Source: Anaeramoeba ignava BMAN
Lineage: Eukaryota; Protista; Anaeramoebae
Assembly: GCA_028826165.1 (NCBI GenBank)
Contig: JAPDFW010000033.1
Span: forward strand, 710,987 to 774,986
Reading direction: 5' to 3'
DNA: 64,000 nt
Shown: in pieces, positions 1-11,450 of the stretch
How positions within the stretch are numbered: the stretch's first letter is position 1
How the letters are laid out: the number at the start of each line of letters is the position of its first letter
Made by a program: the position numbers and the translations under genes
The notes under the pieces: generated by a model
Databases searched by the model: none
Seen by the model: only the letters and a program-made list of their open reading frames with translations
Told to the model about the DNA's origin: nothing

Positions 1-1
1 T

Positions 2-76
2 GTTGATCCAAAACCAGTTGAAAACAAAACAACTGATTTAGAAAAAAGATTGGCAGATTTGAAAAACAATAATTAA
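2..76 (+). CDS. 3' end of a probable ESCRT-III (Snf7-family; Vps2/Did2-like) gene, partial
   Basis: The frame reads VDPKPVENKTTDLEKRLADLKNNN*. DLEKRLADLK matches the C-terminal MIM1 motif (D/E-xx-L-xx-RL-xx-L-K/R) of CHMP1/2-type proteins. Only 24 codons are visible. Confidence 0.55.
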   Translation, partial: VDPKPVENKTTDLEKRLADLKNNN

Positions 77-302
77 ACAATTTTATCAATTAATTCCAAA
101 ATGAATATTTTTCATTATTTTTCAAAATCAATTTTTTCTTTTCTTTTAAAACAAAATCAAACAGTTTTTTTTTTAATTCAATGACTAAAAATCAAAGTTT
201 CATTTTTCACAAAATTAAAATCGGAAAAAAAAAAAGGATTAAAACAAATCAAATGAAAGAAAAAAAATATTTTGTTTTTAATCAAAAAAATTAATTAATT
301 AA

Positions 303-1712
303 TTAATTAATATTCATTTCATCATTATCATCAAAAATTTCAGAATTTGAATTAAAAGAAGTTGAAGAATTAGTTAATCTAGATAATTCAATTGAATTTG
401 GATTAAGTTGATAAAAAGAAAAAGCATCAATAATTTCAATAATAGAATCAAAAGAATTAAAAGAATTAAAAGAATCAGTATAAAGAAATTTGATAACATC
501 ATGCAAAGTTTGTGGAGAAAAATCTGAATAATCATGAACAGAATCAGAAGATTTTTCAACAGTTAAAAACATTCCACGAAACATTCCACTTCTTGCTAAG
601 AGAATAGATTTATGAACAGAAATTTGATTAAAATTTGAATTATTTGAATTATTTGAATCATTTGAATTATTTGAATCATCCTTCAAAATAAAAAAATCTT
701 TCGAGTTTTCATCATAAAATAATCTTGTAAAATCTAAAACTAAATCATGCTTTGAATTCTTATAAAATAAATTCGAAACTCCAAGTTGATTCAAAATCAA
801 ACTTACAAAATCAGGATCTTCAATTAATCCAGTATAAATAAACTTTTTCACAATTTTTAAATCTTCAGTTAATTGAGTAGAAAAAATTCGAATAAGAGTT
901 TGAAGTGAAACATCAGGCATTCTTGCCATTAAAACTTGTTTATGAAATCCAATTTCTCCATCAATTGTTTTGAGAAAAAGATCACATAATTCATTTCTTT
1001 TATATAATTTCAACATATCATCTCTAAAGGCCGTATCATCATTGATTCCAAGAAAGATCAAATGTGCAAGAAAAAAAAAGGAGAATTCATCGAAATAATC
1101 AAAATCTTTAACTGAAAAATTTAAGACAAATCCAAATAAATTATTCATCACATTAACCAAAACATCAATGTTGAGATTTTTGGATTTTCGAGAAAAAGCA
1201 GAAAGTGGAACAAGATCAGGCCGATAAGAATGAAGGAGAAGGCAATAAACATATCCATCACCGAAAGAACGTTTATTAAAACTTGTTATGGAAACGTTAG
1301 AAGCATGTCTTTGACACCAATTCAATAAAGCTTGAGAATGTGGAACTTTTTTTGGATCGGGAGATACAGTCATCCAATGCTCCATCATTTGTCTCAATAA
1401 AATGGAAATTGTGTGATAATTTCCGCTTGCAATTTTTATTCGAGTACTACTATCTTGAAGTGGTATCCCCTCTTTTCGTAATTCTTTAATGCAAATGCTG
1501 ACATTGTTTGATCTTTGAACAAATTGATCAGGATTTTCATAAATTTTGGATCGATCATGTGATTTTTCACTTAGAAAATCTATTAAATCCATTAGAAATT
1601 CTCCACTTCTTATTCCTTGATAAATTTTTGATAAATTATCTTGAATTCCATGTTTTTGGAAAATGTATCTAACCCAATTAAGTGAAATTTGTAAAGGAAT
1701 ATTTTTTTCCAT
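303..1712 (-). CDS. Tandem calponin-homology (CH-CH) domains plus C-terminal BTB/POZ protein
   Basis: 469-aa ORF. CH1: NWV...GIRSGEFLMDLIDFLS...NVSICIKEL...IASGN. CH2: LLNWCQ...ITSFNKRSFGDGYVYCLLLHSYRPDLVPL. BTB: FHKQVLMAR and VHKSILLARSGMFRGMF...VIKFLYTD. Confidence 0.8.
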   Translation of the reverse strand: MEKNIPLQISLNWVRYIFQKHGIQDNLSKIYQGIRSGEFLMDLIDFLSEKSHDRSKIYENPDQFVQRSNNVSICIKELRKEGIPLQDSSTRIKIASGNYHTISILLRQMMEHWMTVSPDPKKVPHSQALLNWCQRHASNVSITSFNKRSFGDGYVYCLLLHSYRPDLVPLSAFSRKSKNLNIDVLVNVMNNLFGFVLNFSVKDFDYFDEFSFFFLAHLIFLGINDDTAFRDDMLKLYKRNELCDLFLKTIDGEIGFHKQVLMARMPDVSLQTLIRIFSTQLTEDLKIVKKFIYTGLIEDPDFVSLILNQLGVSNLFYKNSKHDLVLDFTRLFYDENSKDFFILKDDSNNSNDSNNSNNSNFNQISVHKSILLARSGMFRGMFLTVEKSSDSVHDYSDFSPQTLHDVIKFLYTDSFNSFNSFDSIIEIIDAFSFYQLNPNSIELSRLTNSSTSFNSNSEIFDDNDEMNIN

Positions 1713-2053
1713 TTTGTTTTTGTTTTTTAAATAAAAAATTAATAAAAAAAAATTGATAAAAAAAAAGAATGAAATGAAATGGAAAGGAAATTTTATTTCT
1801 TTTTATATTCCCAAAAAGAAATAAAAAAGCAAAAAAAAATGGAATAAAAACTCATAAATGATTAAAAAATGACTAATTTATTAAAAAATTAAGAAAAACA
1901 ACTTTTTATTTTTAATTAAAAAAATTTAGATCAATTAAAAAAAAAAATTAAAAATAACTTTTTCTTGTATTTCCAAAATTAAATTATTATTGATTTCCTT
2001 TACAAAAAAAATTTCCCAAATCTTACTGATCAAAATTGTTTTGGATTAACAAA

Positions 2054-2990
2054 TTTTCTTAATAAAAATTATTATTTAATAAAAATAAATAAAATAGAAT
2101 ATATTTAATTTATTATTTAATTATAAATTATATTTAAAATGATATTTAAAATTAAATTATATGTTTAATATAATATTTTACTTTTTTATATTTTAAAATT
2201 TTCTTAATAAAAATTATTATTTAATAAAAATAAATAAAATAGAATAGATTTAATTTATTATTTAATTATAAATTATATTTAAAATGATATTTAAAATTAA
2301 ATTATATGTTTAAGATAATAATTTACTTTTTTATATTTAAAAATTTTCTTATTAAAATTATTATTTAATAAAAATCAATAAAATAGAATATATTTAATTT
2401 ATTATTTAATTATAAATTATAATTAAAATGATATTTAAAATTAAATTATATGTTTAAGATAATAATTTACTTTTTAGATTTAAAAATTTTCTTATAAAAA
2501 TTATTATTTAATAAAAATAAATAAAATAGAATAGATTTAATTTATTATTTAATTATAAATTATAATTAAAATGATATTTAAAATTAAATTATATGTTTAA
2601 TATAATATTTTACTTTTTAGATTTAAATATTTTCTTATTAAAAATTATTATTTAATAAAAATAAATAAAATAGAATATATTTAATTTATTATTTAATTAT
2701 AAATTATATTTAAAATGATATTTAAAATTAAATTATATGTTTAAGATAATAATTTACTTTTTTATATTTAAATATTTTCTTATTTAAAATATTATTTAAT
2801 AAAAATAAATAGAATAGAATAGATTTAATTTATTATTTAATTATAAATTATATTTAAAATGATATTTAAAATTAAATTATATGTTTAATATAATATTTTA
2901 CTTTTTTATATTTAAAAATTTTCTTATTAAAAATGTGATTTAATAAAAATAAATAGAATAGAATATATTTAATTTATTATTTAATTATAA
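2054..2990. repeat. Intergenic AT-rich tandem array, unit ~143-146 bp, ~6.5 copies
   Basis: The unit TTTTCTTAATAAAAATTATTATTTAATAAAAATAAATAAAATAGAAT... restarts at about 2054, 2199, 2344, 2487, 2630, 2776 and 2919. Confidence 0.9.
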
Positions 2991-3119
2991 AATAACTTAA
3001 ATTTTTCTAAGGAATAAAATAATATTGGAGATTTGAAAAAAAATTTATCAAAAATCGGAAAAAATTCATTTTCATTTTTTTCATTTTTTTCATTTCATTT
3101 TTAAATTTAAATAAAAAAA

Positions 3120-4445
3120 ATGACAGATAATGATCGATTATATAAAAAAATAATACATGAAGTAGAACGAGCCGAATATGAAGGAGAAGAACCTGAGCCC
3201 AGAAGAACAAGCGGACCACGACTTCGACAAGTAGGAAATACAGGACCAAAATCAGTTATAGCTGATTATCATGAATCACAATCTCAAATAAATGAACTAA
3301 AAACAACAATCAAAAGAAATTGAAAAAAAAGCAAAAAATTTGGTTCTTTCAAATGTTCCTAAAAGTGATGATGAATTGGAAGATGAAGATTTGAATAAAA
3401 TTCTCCAAGAATTGGAACAAGATGGTTTTCTTGATGATTATCAACAAAAAAGAATGAATGAAATGAATTTCCATAATTTTAAAACTTTTGGAGTTTTAGG
3501 AAATGTGATTATAAAAACATTTATTCAAAAATATTTAAAAATATTTAAATAAAAATATTTAAAACTATTCAAATAAAAATATTAAATAATATTTAAAACT
3601 GTTTAAATAAAAATATTCAAAAATATTTAAAAATATTTAAAAATATTATCCAAAAATATTCAAATAAAAATATTCAAATAAATATTTAAATAAATATTTA
3701 AATAAAAATATTATCCAAAAATAAAATATTAATAATATTAAAAAATATTAAAATAAAAATATTCAAAAATATTCAAAAATATTTAAAAATATTATCCAAA
3801 AATAAAATATTAATTAAAAAAAATATTAAAATAAAAATATTCAAAAATATTCAAAAATATTAAATAAATATTTAAAAATATTATTTAAAAATATTAATAA
3901 TATTTAAATAAAAATATCCAAATAAATATTTAAATATTTAAATAAAAATATCCAAATAAAAATATTTAAATATTTAAATAAAAATATCCAAATAAAAATA
4001 TTTAAATAAATATTTAAATAAAAATATTTAAATAAATATTTAAACAAAAATATTATTTAAAAATATTAAAAAATATTAAAAAATATTATCCAAAAATATT
4101 AAAAAATATTTAAAGGTAAGCTCAAAAACTTTCCTTAAAGCAATCGAAGAAGAAAACCCAGATGTTTTGATAATTTTACATTTATATTCAAATCGTTTGA
4201 AAATTTGTCAAGAAATTAATCAAATGATGACTGAATTAGCTACAAAATTTCCGAGAATTAAATTTCTTAAAGGTGTTGCAAATGAATTAAGTCAAGGATT
4301 TGATGATTTGGCTCTTCCTTCTTTGGTAATTTATAAAGGAGGAAAACTTATTGATTCTTTGATTAGATTTACTGATAAACTTCCTTCAAATTTTGATATT
4401 GATCATTTCGAACATTTTCTTAAAAAACAAAATTTTCTTTTTTGA
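3120..4445 (+). CDS. Phosducin-like protein (PhLP1-like); 2 exons (intron 3505-4115), apparent +1 frameshift near 3300
   Basis: N-terminal NTGPKSVIADY motif. Splicing GT 3505 to AG 4115 gives FGVLGN|VSSKTFLKAIEEE...IILHLY...LATKFPRIKFLK...DDLALPSLVIYKGGKLI (thioredoxin-like phosducin domain). Removing one A from the run near 3300 joins ORFs 3120 and 3340. Confidence 0.85.
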
Positions 4446-4495
4446 ATTCAACAAAAATAAAAAAGAAATAAAACAAAAATTTATTTTTAATCTTA

Positions 4496-5015
4496 TTCAA
4501 TTTGATTCTATTTTATATATTTTATTAATATTTATTTATTTAAAATAATATAAAATTATTCTCAATAATTTAATAAATTTGATCAAATAATTTAATTAAT
4601 TTATTTCAAAAATGGAATAAAGAATGTTAAATACTTAAATTTCAATTTGATTCTATTTTATATATTTTATTAATATTTATTTATTTAAAATAATATAAAA
4701 TCATTCCCAATAATTTAATAAATTTAATCAAATAATTTAATTAATTTATTTCAAAAATGGAATAAAGAATGTTAAATACTTAAATTTCAATTTGATTCTA
4801 TTTTATATATTTTATCAATATTTATTTATTTAAAATAATATAAAATTATTCCCAATAATTTAATAAATTTGATCAAATAATTTAATTAATTTATTTCAAA
4901 AATGGAATAAAGAATGTTAAATACTTAAATTTCAATTTGATTCTATTTTATATATTTTATTAATATTTATTTATTTAAAATAATATAAAATTATTCCCAA
5001 TATTTTAATAAATTT
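4496..5015. repeat. Intergenic tandem array, unit 145 bp, ~3.5 copies
   Basis: TTTGATTCTATTTTATATATTTT restarts at 4501, 4646, 4791 and 4936 (exact 145-bp spacing). Confidence 0.9.
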
Positions 5016-5358
5016 GAAAAAAAAATTGAAATATTTTAATAAAAATAAATATTTAATTTTAATAATTTTTAATAGTGATTTAATTTAAATTTATTTTTAT
5101 TTTAGTCAATAATAACACAATTTAAATTTAATCATTATTAATTTTTATTCTCAATTTTTATTTTTGTTGATCATCTTCAAAAAACAATTTATAATTTTTT
5201 TTGTTTAAATTTTAATAATTTAAAATTAATTTTAAATGATTTTAATATTTGATTTGTTTTCTTATTTATTAATTCGAAGAATTTAATTTGATTGAAAGTA
5301 AATGAAAATCAATTTGAATTTTGAAAAAAGAATCAAAATAAATTTTTTTAAATGAAAA

Positions 5359-6875
5359 TTAAATGAAAAAAGTTTCAACTTCATCAACTTTCCATTTATC
5401 ATTAGAACCAGCTAAATAAATTTTAGCTTCATTTGTTCCATAAGTAATTCCATTAGGAAGATTATAACTTCTACCAAAATTTGAATAGCCAGGTTGTAAA
5501 TTAGAAGTTAAAACAAAATCAGCTCCTTCACCAAAAACTGGACCAACATCTAAATTAGAATAAATTGCATCACCTTGTTTAATTAGAAATTTCTCTGGTT
5601 TTCTATCATTTTTATCATTTCTTAATGAAAAAATAAATGCATTTGAATCATTAATCCATTCTCCACTTGAATATTTAAATCCAACTTGAGTAAATCCTCC
5701 AAAAATAAAATTATCTTTTGTTTTGATAATAACTAATGTTTTTCCTTTCCCATCAACTGCTTTATGCCAATTTTGGAATCAAATCCATCTTTTTTTGCTG
5801 AAAATCCTTTTTTCATTTTAGAAAAAAAATCATTATCATTTATCCATTCTTTTAATTTTTTAGCATATTCAATATCTTTCACAATTTCTGAATCTGAAAA
5901 AATCTTTTGTAATTCCATTAATTCAAATTTGGATTTCAGTTCCTCGTTCTCTTTCTTCCATTTCTCTTCAATTTCTTTGTTTTTATCCTCAATTTCTTTG
6001 TTTTTATTTTCAATTTCTTTTTGATTATCTTGAATAACTTTGTTTTGAATATCAACTAAAAAAGATTTAGGAAGAAAAATTTGAAATTGTTTTAATTTAT
6101 CAAAATCTTGTTTTGAAATTGAATCTTTATCAAATAATGAAAAAAAAGAATGAAATAATCTTTTCTTTTCAATTTCTTTTTCATTTTCTTTCTTCCCTTT
6201 TAATCTTTGATTTCTTTTTTTAATCCAATTATTTAAAAATTGAAAAAAATCAAATTGAAAAATTTCTTTTTTTTCTTGTTTAAATTGAATAAATTTGATA
6301 ATTTCTTCTTTAGTTAAATTGAATAAATTTTCATTATTTTGAATTTGGGAAAAATTTTGATTTATTAATTCAAAACATTTTATTTCAATTTCATTTGAAT
6401 TTAAATTTCGATTTTGGAAAAAAAATTGGAAAAAATTTGAATAATTAATTGAATTTGAAATTTTTTTTTGAATAAATTCTTTCAATAAATTTAATTTAAA
6501 ATAAATTGAAATTTCCAATAATTGAATAAGATTTTCTTGATTCTCAAAAGAAATATTTCCATAATAAATATAACTCAAAATTGATTCCATTTCTTTTTTA
6601 TTAAATTGATTTAAAGAAATAGAAAGAGATTCTTCTCTTAAAAACTTATTAAAAAAAGGAGATCTTGAAGATAAAATTGATTTATGAACTTTAATTTCAA
6701 AAGGATTTGATTTATTCTCAACAAAAATTGAAAAATCTTTAAATGAATTTCCATTTAAAAGGTTTGAATAATTTTTAATTAAATTTTTTGTTACTTTTTT
6801 TTCTAAATTTTTCTTTTCATTTTGATTTTGATTTTGATTTGCATTTTGAATTTGGTTATTATTATTATTATCCAT
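5359..6875 (-). CDS. BTB/POZ + coiled-coil + TLDc domain protein (frameshift near 5770)
   Basis: BTB: DFSIFV...KVHKSILSSRSPFF...ILSYIYYG. TLDc starts KKGFSAKKDGFDSK and continues in another frame as WHKAVDGKGKTLVIIKTKDNFIFGGFT...AFIFSLRN...GPVFG...WKVDEVETFFI* (stop 5359-5361), paralleling the intact 13283 gene. Confidence 0.85.
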
Positions 6876-7269
6876 TTTGTGTTTTTGTGTTTTTGTGTTT
6901 GTTTTTGTTTTTAAAAAAAAAGGAAAAAAATGAAAAAAAAAATTTAAAAAAAAAAATAAATAAAAAAAGTGGATTTTGAAAATAAATAAAAATATAAAAA
7001 ATAAGAATAAATTTAAATTAATAATTAATTTAATTTTCTTTTTAATTTATTATTTTAAATTAATTTATTAATAAATTATTATTATTTTTTATTAATTTTT
7101 TTTATTAAAAAAAAAGGAAAATTATTTTAATTTAATTTTTAATTTAATTTTTTTTTTTGGAATTTAAAAATTATTAATAAATTTAAATTTTAAAACAAAT
7201 TTCCAAATTAATATTAATTCAATTTAATTCAAAAAAAAAGATAAAATTTTAATTTCAAAAAAATCAATT

Positions 7270-7553
7270 TTCAAAATATTTTTAAATAATAAAATATTTA
7301 AATCTAAAACAATAAATTATTATTTTAATAATAAAATTAAATATTAAATTATATTTTTAAATTAATTTATTAATTAAATATTAAATTAAACTTAATCTTA
7401 TTTTTTATATTTATATGTTTAATATTTAAATAATAAAATATTTAAATCTAAAACAATAAATTATTATTTCAAACATAAAATTAAATATTAAATTATATTT
7501 TTAAATTAATTTATAAATTAAATATTAAATTAAATCTATTCTTATTTTTTATA
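7270..7553. repeat. Intergenic duplication, unit ~144 bp, ~2 copies
   Basis: AAATAATAAAATATTTAAATCTAAAACAATAAATTATTATTT occurs at ~7284 and ~7428. Confidence 0.75.
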
Positions 7554-9332
7554 TTAATTTTGATTATTAAATTTGTTAATTAATAAATCAAATAAATTTG
7601 GATATGTTTGATTTAATTGAAAATAATCAATTCCAATTTGAATTTCATTAATGATTTCTTGTGTAATTTTAATTTCATCTTTAATTTGATTTGAATAAAT
7701 CCAATATTCAAATATTTGAAATGATTTATTACTTAATTCACTATAATCTGTAACTTTATTAGATTTATCATTAGTTACAGATAAAAACATTCCTCGATAT
7801 AATTCACTTCTCATTATTAATATTAATTTGGGAAATTTATATTGTTTTTCTTTTCTTTCAATTATAAAATCTTTTTCATTTTCATTTTCATTTTCATTTA
7901 AATAAATTCTTTTCATTGTTTCTTCTATTTTTTCATTTAAATTTATAATTTCTTTGATTTCAAAATATAATTTTGGATTTATTTTGGAATTGTTTGAATA
8001 AATCATTTCAAATATTTGATTTGATTCTTTAATTGATTTTTTTGAAATAATTTCTTGAAGTTTTTCAATTTCATTTTGATTTTGATTTAATCTATATTTC
8101 AATATTAATTTATGAGCTTCAATTATTTCTCCATTTTCGGTTTTAAATGAAATATCACAAAATTCTTTTCTTTGGAATAATTTTATCAAATCTTCTTCAA
8201 GATTGGAAAAAGAAGGAGGAAAATAATAAAGAAATGTTTTATTATATCCACAAGAAATATGATAATTAGAAATTTCTTCATTAAATCTTAATTTAGGAAG
8301 TTCAATTTGAATTGGAATTAATTGATTATTTGTATTTCCAGTTCCTAATTGACCATATGAATTATATCCAAATCCAATTAATTTCTGCTTGGATGTTAAA
8401 ATCAAAGTATGATTATGCCCAACAGAAAAATCAAGAATATCATCATCATTTCCAAATAAAGATGATTTGATTTCAGTAAATTCATAAGTATTTTCATTTT
8501 TGCCAAGTCCATTATATTGGTACTTTCCACATGAATAAAGTTTTCTTTTTGGATTTTCATCTTCATTTTCATTTTCATTTTCAATCATCATTATTGAATG
8601 AATAAATCCACATTGAATATCAATTATTTTGCCTTTTGGAATATTTTGAATTTTGGTTAATTTTTGGATTTTTGATTCTTTTCTTGATTCTTCTAATCCA
8701 ATTTGTCCGTATTCGTTATTTCCGCATCCAAATAATTCTTGATTTGAATTTAAAAGAAAAACATGATTTGAACAATTTCCTGAAAATATTTTAGAAACAT
8801 TTTTCATCATTAAAATTGGTTTTTCTGTTTCTTCAAGTGTTTCAGAATCAAAACCAAGTTGACCATCTTCATTTGAACCAATTCCATAAACATTTTGATT
8901 TGAAGTTAATAAGTAAATTGAATTGTATCCAGAAACAATATCTTCAATTATTCTATCATTTGTATCTTCAATTAATGATGAAATATTGATAAATTCTTTT
9001 GGATTATTTGGATTAATATATTCTCCTTTGGCAAATACATTTCCTTCTTTTGTTAAAATAGCTCCATTTTCATGACCAACAGTTACTTTTTGGATATTTT
9101 CAATTTGGATTCTTTTTGGATTTTTACTTGAATATTCTATTGCTTTTCCATTTTTAAAAAGGAAAATTGTTGAAAAAAAACTTGTTGAAATTTGTTTAAT
9201 TTGTTTTTCATTTTCGTTTTCATTTTCATTTTCATTTTCAAATTTAAATTGAATTGGTTTTGTTATTTTATTTGGTTTATTTTCGATAAGTTTTGGAAAA
9301 TTATTCTCACCAAAAAATATAATTTCATTCAT
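7554..9332 (-). CDS. RCC1-repeat beta-propeller + tandem BTB protein (array A, copy 1)
   Basis: 592 aa. RCC1 blades (YGIGSNEDGQLG, FGCGNNEYGQIG, VGHNHTLILT...FGYNSYGQLG), then FCDISF...IEAHKLIL and FPKLILIMRSELYRGMFLSV. Confidence 0.9.
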   Translation of the reverse strand: MNEIIFFGENNFPKLIENKPNKITKPIQFKFENENENENENEKQIKQISTSFFSTIFLFKNGKAIEYSSKNPKRIQIENIQKVTVGHENGAILTKEGNVFAKGEYINPNNPKEFINISSLIEDTNDRIIEDIVSGYNSIYLLTSNQNVYGIGSNEDGQLGFDSETLEETEKPILMMKNVSKIFSGNCSNHVFLLNSNQELFGCGNNEYGQIGLEESRKESKIQKLTKIQNIPKGKIIDIQCGFIHSIMMIENENENEDENPKRKLYSCGKYQYNGLGKNENTYEFTEIKSSLFGNDDDILDFSVGHNHTLILTSKQKLIGFGYNSYGQLGTGNTNNQLIPIQIELPKLRFNEEISNYHISCGYNKTFLYYFPPSFSNLEEDLIKLFQRKEFCDISFKTENGEIIEAHKLILKYRLNQNQNEIEKLQEIISKKSIKESNQIFEMIYSNNSKINPKLYFEIKEIINLNEKIEETMKRIYLNENENENEKDFIIERKEKQYKFPKLILIMRSELYRGMFLSVTNDKSNKVTDYSELSNKSFQIFEYWIYSNQIKDEIKITQEIINEIQIGIDYFQLNQTYPNLFDLLINKFNNQN

Positions 9333-9522
9333 TTTTGAAAAGAAAAAAAATGAAAAAAATGATTTTAATTTTAATTTTGAATTTTAATTTTGATTTTGAT
9401 TTTAATTTTGATTTTAATTTTAATTTGGATTTTAATTTTAATTTTGATTTGAATTTTAATTTTGATTTTAATTTTGATTTTAATATTTAATTTTGATTTT
9501 AATTTTAATTTTAATTTTAATT

Positions 9523-11274
9523 TTAATTTTGATTATTAAATTTTTTAATTAATAAATCAAATAAATTTGGATTTGTTTGATTTAATTGAAAATAATCAAT
9601 TCCAATTTGAATTTCATTAATTATTTCTTGTGTAATTTGAATTTCATCTTTAATTTGATTTGAATAAATCCAATATTCAAATATTTGAAATGATTTATTA
9701 CTTAATTCACTATAATCTGTAACTTTATTAGAAGTATCATTTGTTACAGATAAAAACATTCCTCGATATAATTCACTTCTCATTATTAATATTAATTTAG
9801 GGAATTTATATTGTTTTTCTTTTCTTTCAATTATAAAATCTTTTTCATTTTCATTTAAATAAATTCTTTTCATTGTTTCTTCAATTTTTTCATTAGAATT
9901 TATAATTTCTTTAATTTCAAAATATAATTTTGAATTTGTTATTCTGTTTGAATAAATCATTTCAAATATTTGATTTGATTCTTTAATTGATTTTTTTGAA
10001 ATAATTTCTTGAAGTTTTTCAATTTCATTTTGATTTTGATTTAATCTATATTTCAATATTAATTTATGAGCTTCAATTATTTCTCCATTTTTGGTTTTAA
10101 ATGAAATATTACAAAATTCTTTTCTTCTAAATAATTTTATCAAATCTTCTTCAATATTGGAAAAAGAAGGAGGAAAATAATAAAGAAATGATTTATTATA
10201 TCCACAAAGAACATGATAATTAGAAATATCTTCATTAAATCTTAATTTAGGAAGTTCAATTTGAATTGGAATTGGTTTCGTTTTTGTATCTCCATTTCCT
10301 AATTCACCAGAAAAATTATCTCCAAATCCAATTAATTTCCCTTTGGAAGTTAAAACCAAATTATGAAAGAACCCACAAGAAATTTCAAGAATATTATCAT
10401 CATTTTCAAATAAAGATGATTTGATTTCAGTAAATTCATAAGTATCTTCATTTTTGCCAAGTCCATTAAGAAAATATCTTCCACATGAATAAAGTTTTCT
10501 TTTTGGATTTTCATTTTCATTTTCATTTTCATTTTCAATCATCATTATTGAATGAGCAAGTCCACATTTAATATCAATTATTTTACCTTTTGGAATATTT
10601 TGAATTTTGGTTAATTTTTGGATTTTTGATTCTTTTCTTGGTTCTCCTAATCCAATTTGACTATATTGATTCCATCCGCATCCAAATAATTCTTGATTTG
10701 AATTTAAAAGAAAAACATGATTTGAAGAATTTCCTGAAAATATTTTAGAAACATTTTTCATCATTAAAATTGGTTTTTCTGTTTCTTTAAATGTTTCAGA
10801 ATCAAAACCAAGTTGGCCGTAATGATTTGAACCAATTCCATAAGCATTTTGATTTGAAGTTAATAAGTAAACTGAATTGTATCCAGAAACAATATCTTCA
10901 ATTATTCTATCATTTTTATCTTCAATTAATGATGAAATATTGATAAATTGATTTGGATTAATATCTTTTCCTTTTGCAAATACATTTCCTTCTATTGTTA
11001 AAATAGCTTCGTTTTCATAACCAACAGTTACTTTTTGAATATTTTCAATTTCAATTCTTTTTGGATTTGAATTTTTTAAATACTCTATTGCTTTTCCATT
11101 TTTAAAAAGGAAAGTTGTTGAAAAATAACTTGATGAAATTTGTTTAATTTGTTTTTCATTTTCATTTTCATTTTCATTTTCAAATTTAAATTGAATTGGT
11201 TTTGTTATTTGATATGGTTCATTTTCGATAAGTTTTGGATATTGATTTGAACCAAAAAATAAAATTTCATTCAT
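9523..11274 (-). CDS. RCC1-repeat + tandem BTB protein (array A, copy 2)
   Basis: 583-aa intact ORF, a close paralogue of 7554-9332. Confidence 0.9.
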   Translation of the reverse strand: MNEILFFGSNQYPKLIENEPYQITKPIQFKFENENENENEKQIKQISSSYFSTTFLFKNGKAIEYLKNSNPKRIEIENIQKVTVGYENEAILTIEGNVFAKGKDINPNQFINISSLIEDKNDRIIEDIVSGYNSVYLLTSNQNAYGIGSNHYGQLGFDSETFKETEKPILMMKNVSKIFSGNSSNHVFLLNSNQELFGCGWNQYSQIGLGEPRKESKIQKLTKIQNIPKGKIIDIKCGLAHSIMMIENENENENENPKRKLYSCGRYFLNGLGKNEDTYEFTEIKSSLFENDDNILEISCGFFHNLVLTSKGKLIGFGDNFSGELGNGDTKTKPIPIQIELPKLRFNEDISNYHVLCGYNKSFLYYFPPSFSNIEEDLIKLFRRKEFCNISFKTKNGEIIEAHKLILKYRLNQNQNEIEKLQEIISKKSIKESNQIFEMIYSNRITNSKLYFEIKEIINSNEKIEETMKRIYLNENEKDFIIERKEKQYKFPKLILIMRSELYRGMFLSVTNDTSNKVTDYSELSNKSFQIFEYWIYSNQIKDEIQITQEIINEIQIGIDYFQLNQTNPNLFDLLIKKFNNQN

Positions 11275-11450
11275 TTTCTTTATTTAATTTTTTATTTTTT
11301 AATTTTTGAAATGAAAAAAAATGAAAAAAAAAATTTTGGAATTTTGATTTTGATTTGAATTTTTAATTTTAATTTTAATTTTAATTTTAATTAATTTTAA
11401 TTTTAATTTTAATTTTAATTTTAATTTTGATTTGAATTTTAATTTTAATT

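Noticed and set aside
2054-5015. Tandem arrays as CRISPR arrays
   Set aside because: The units repeat over their full length with no unique spacers, there are no cas genes, and the context is eukaryotic.
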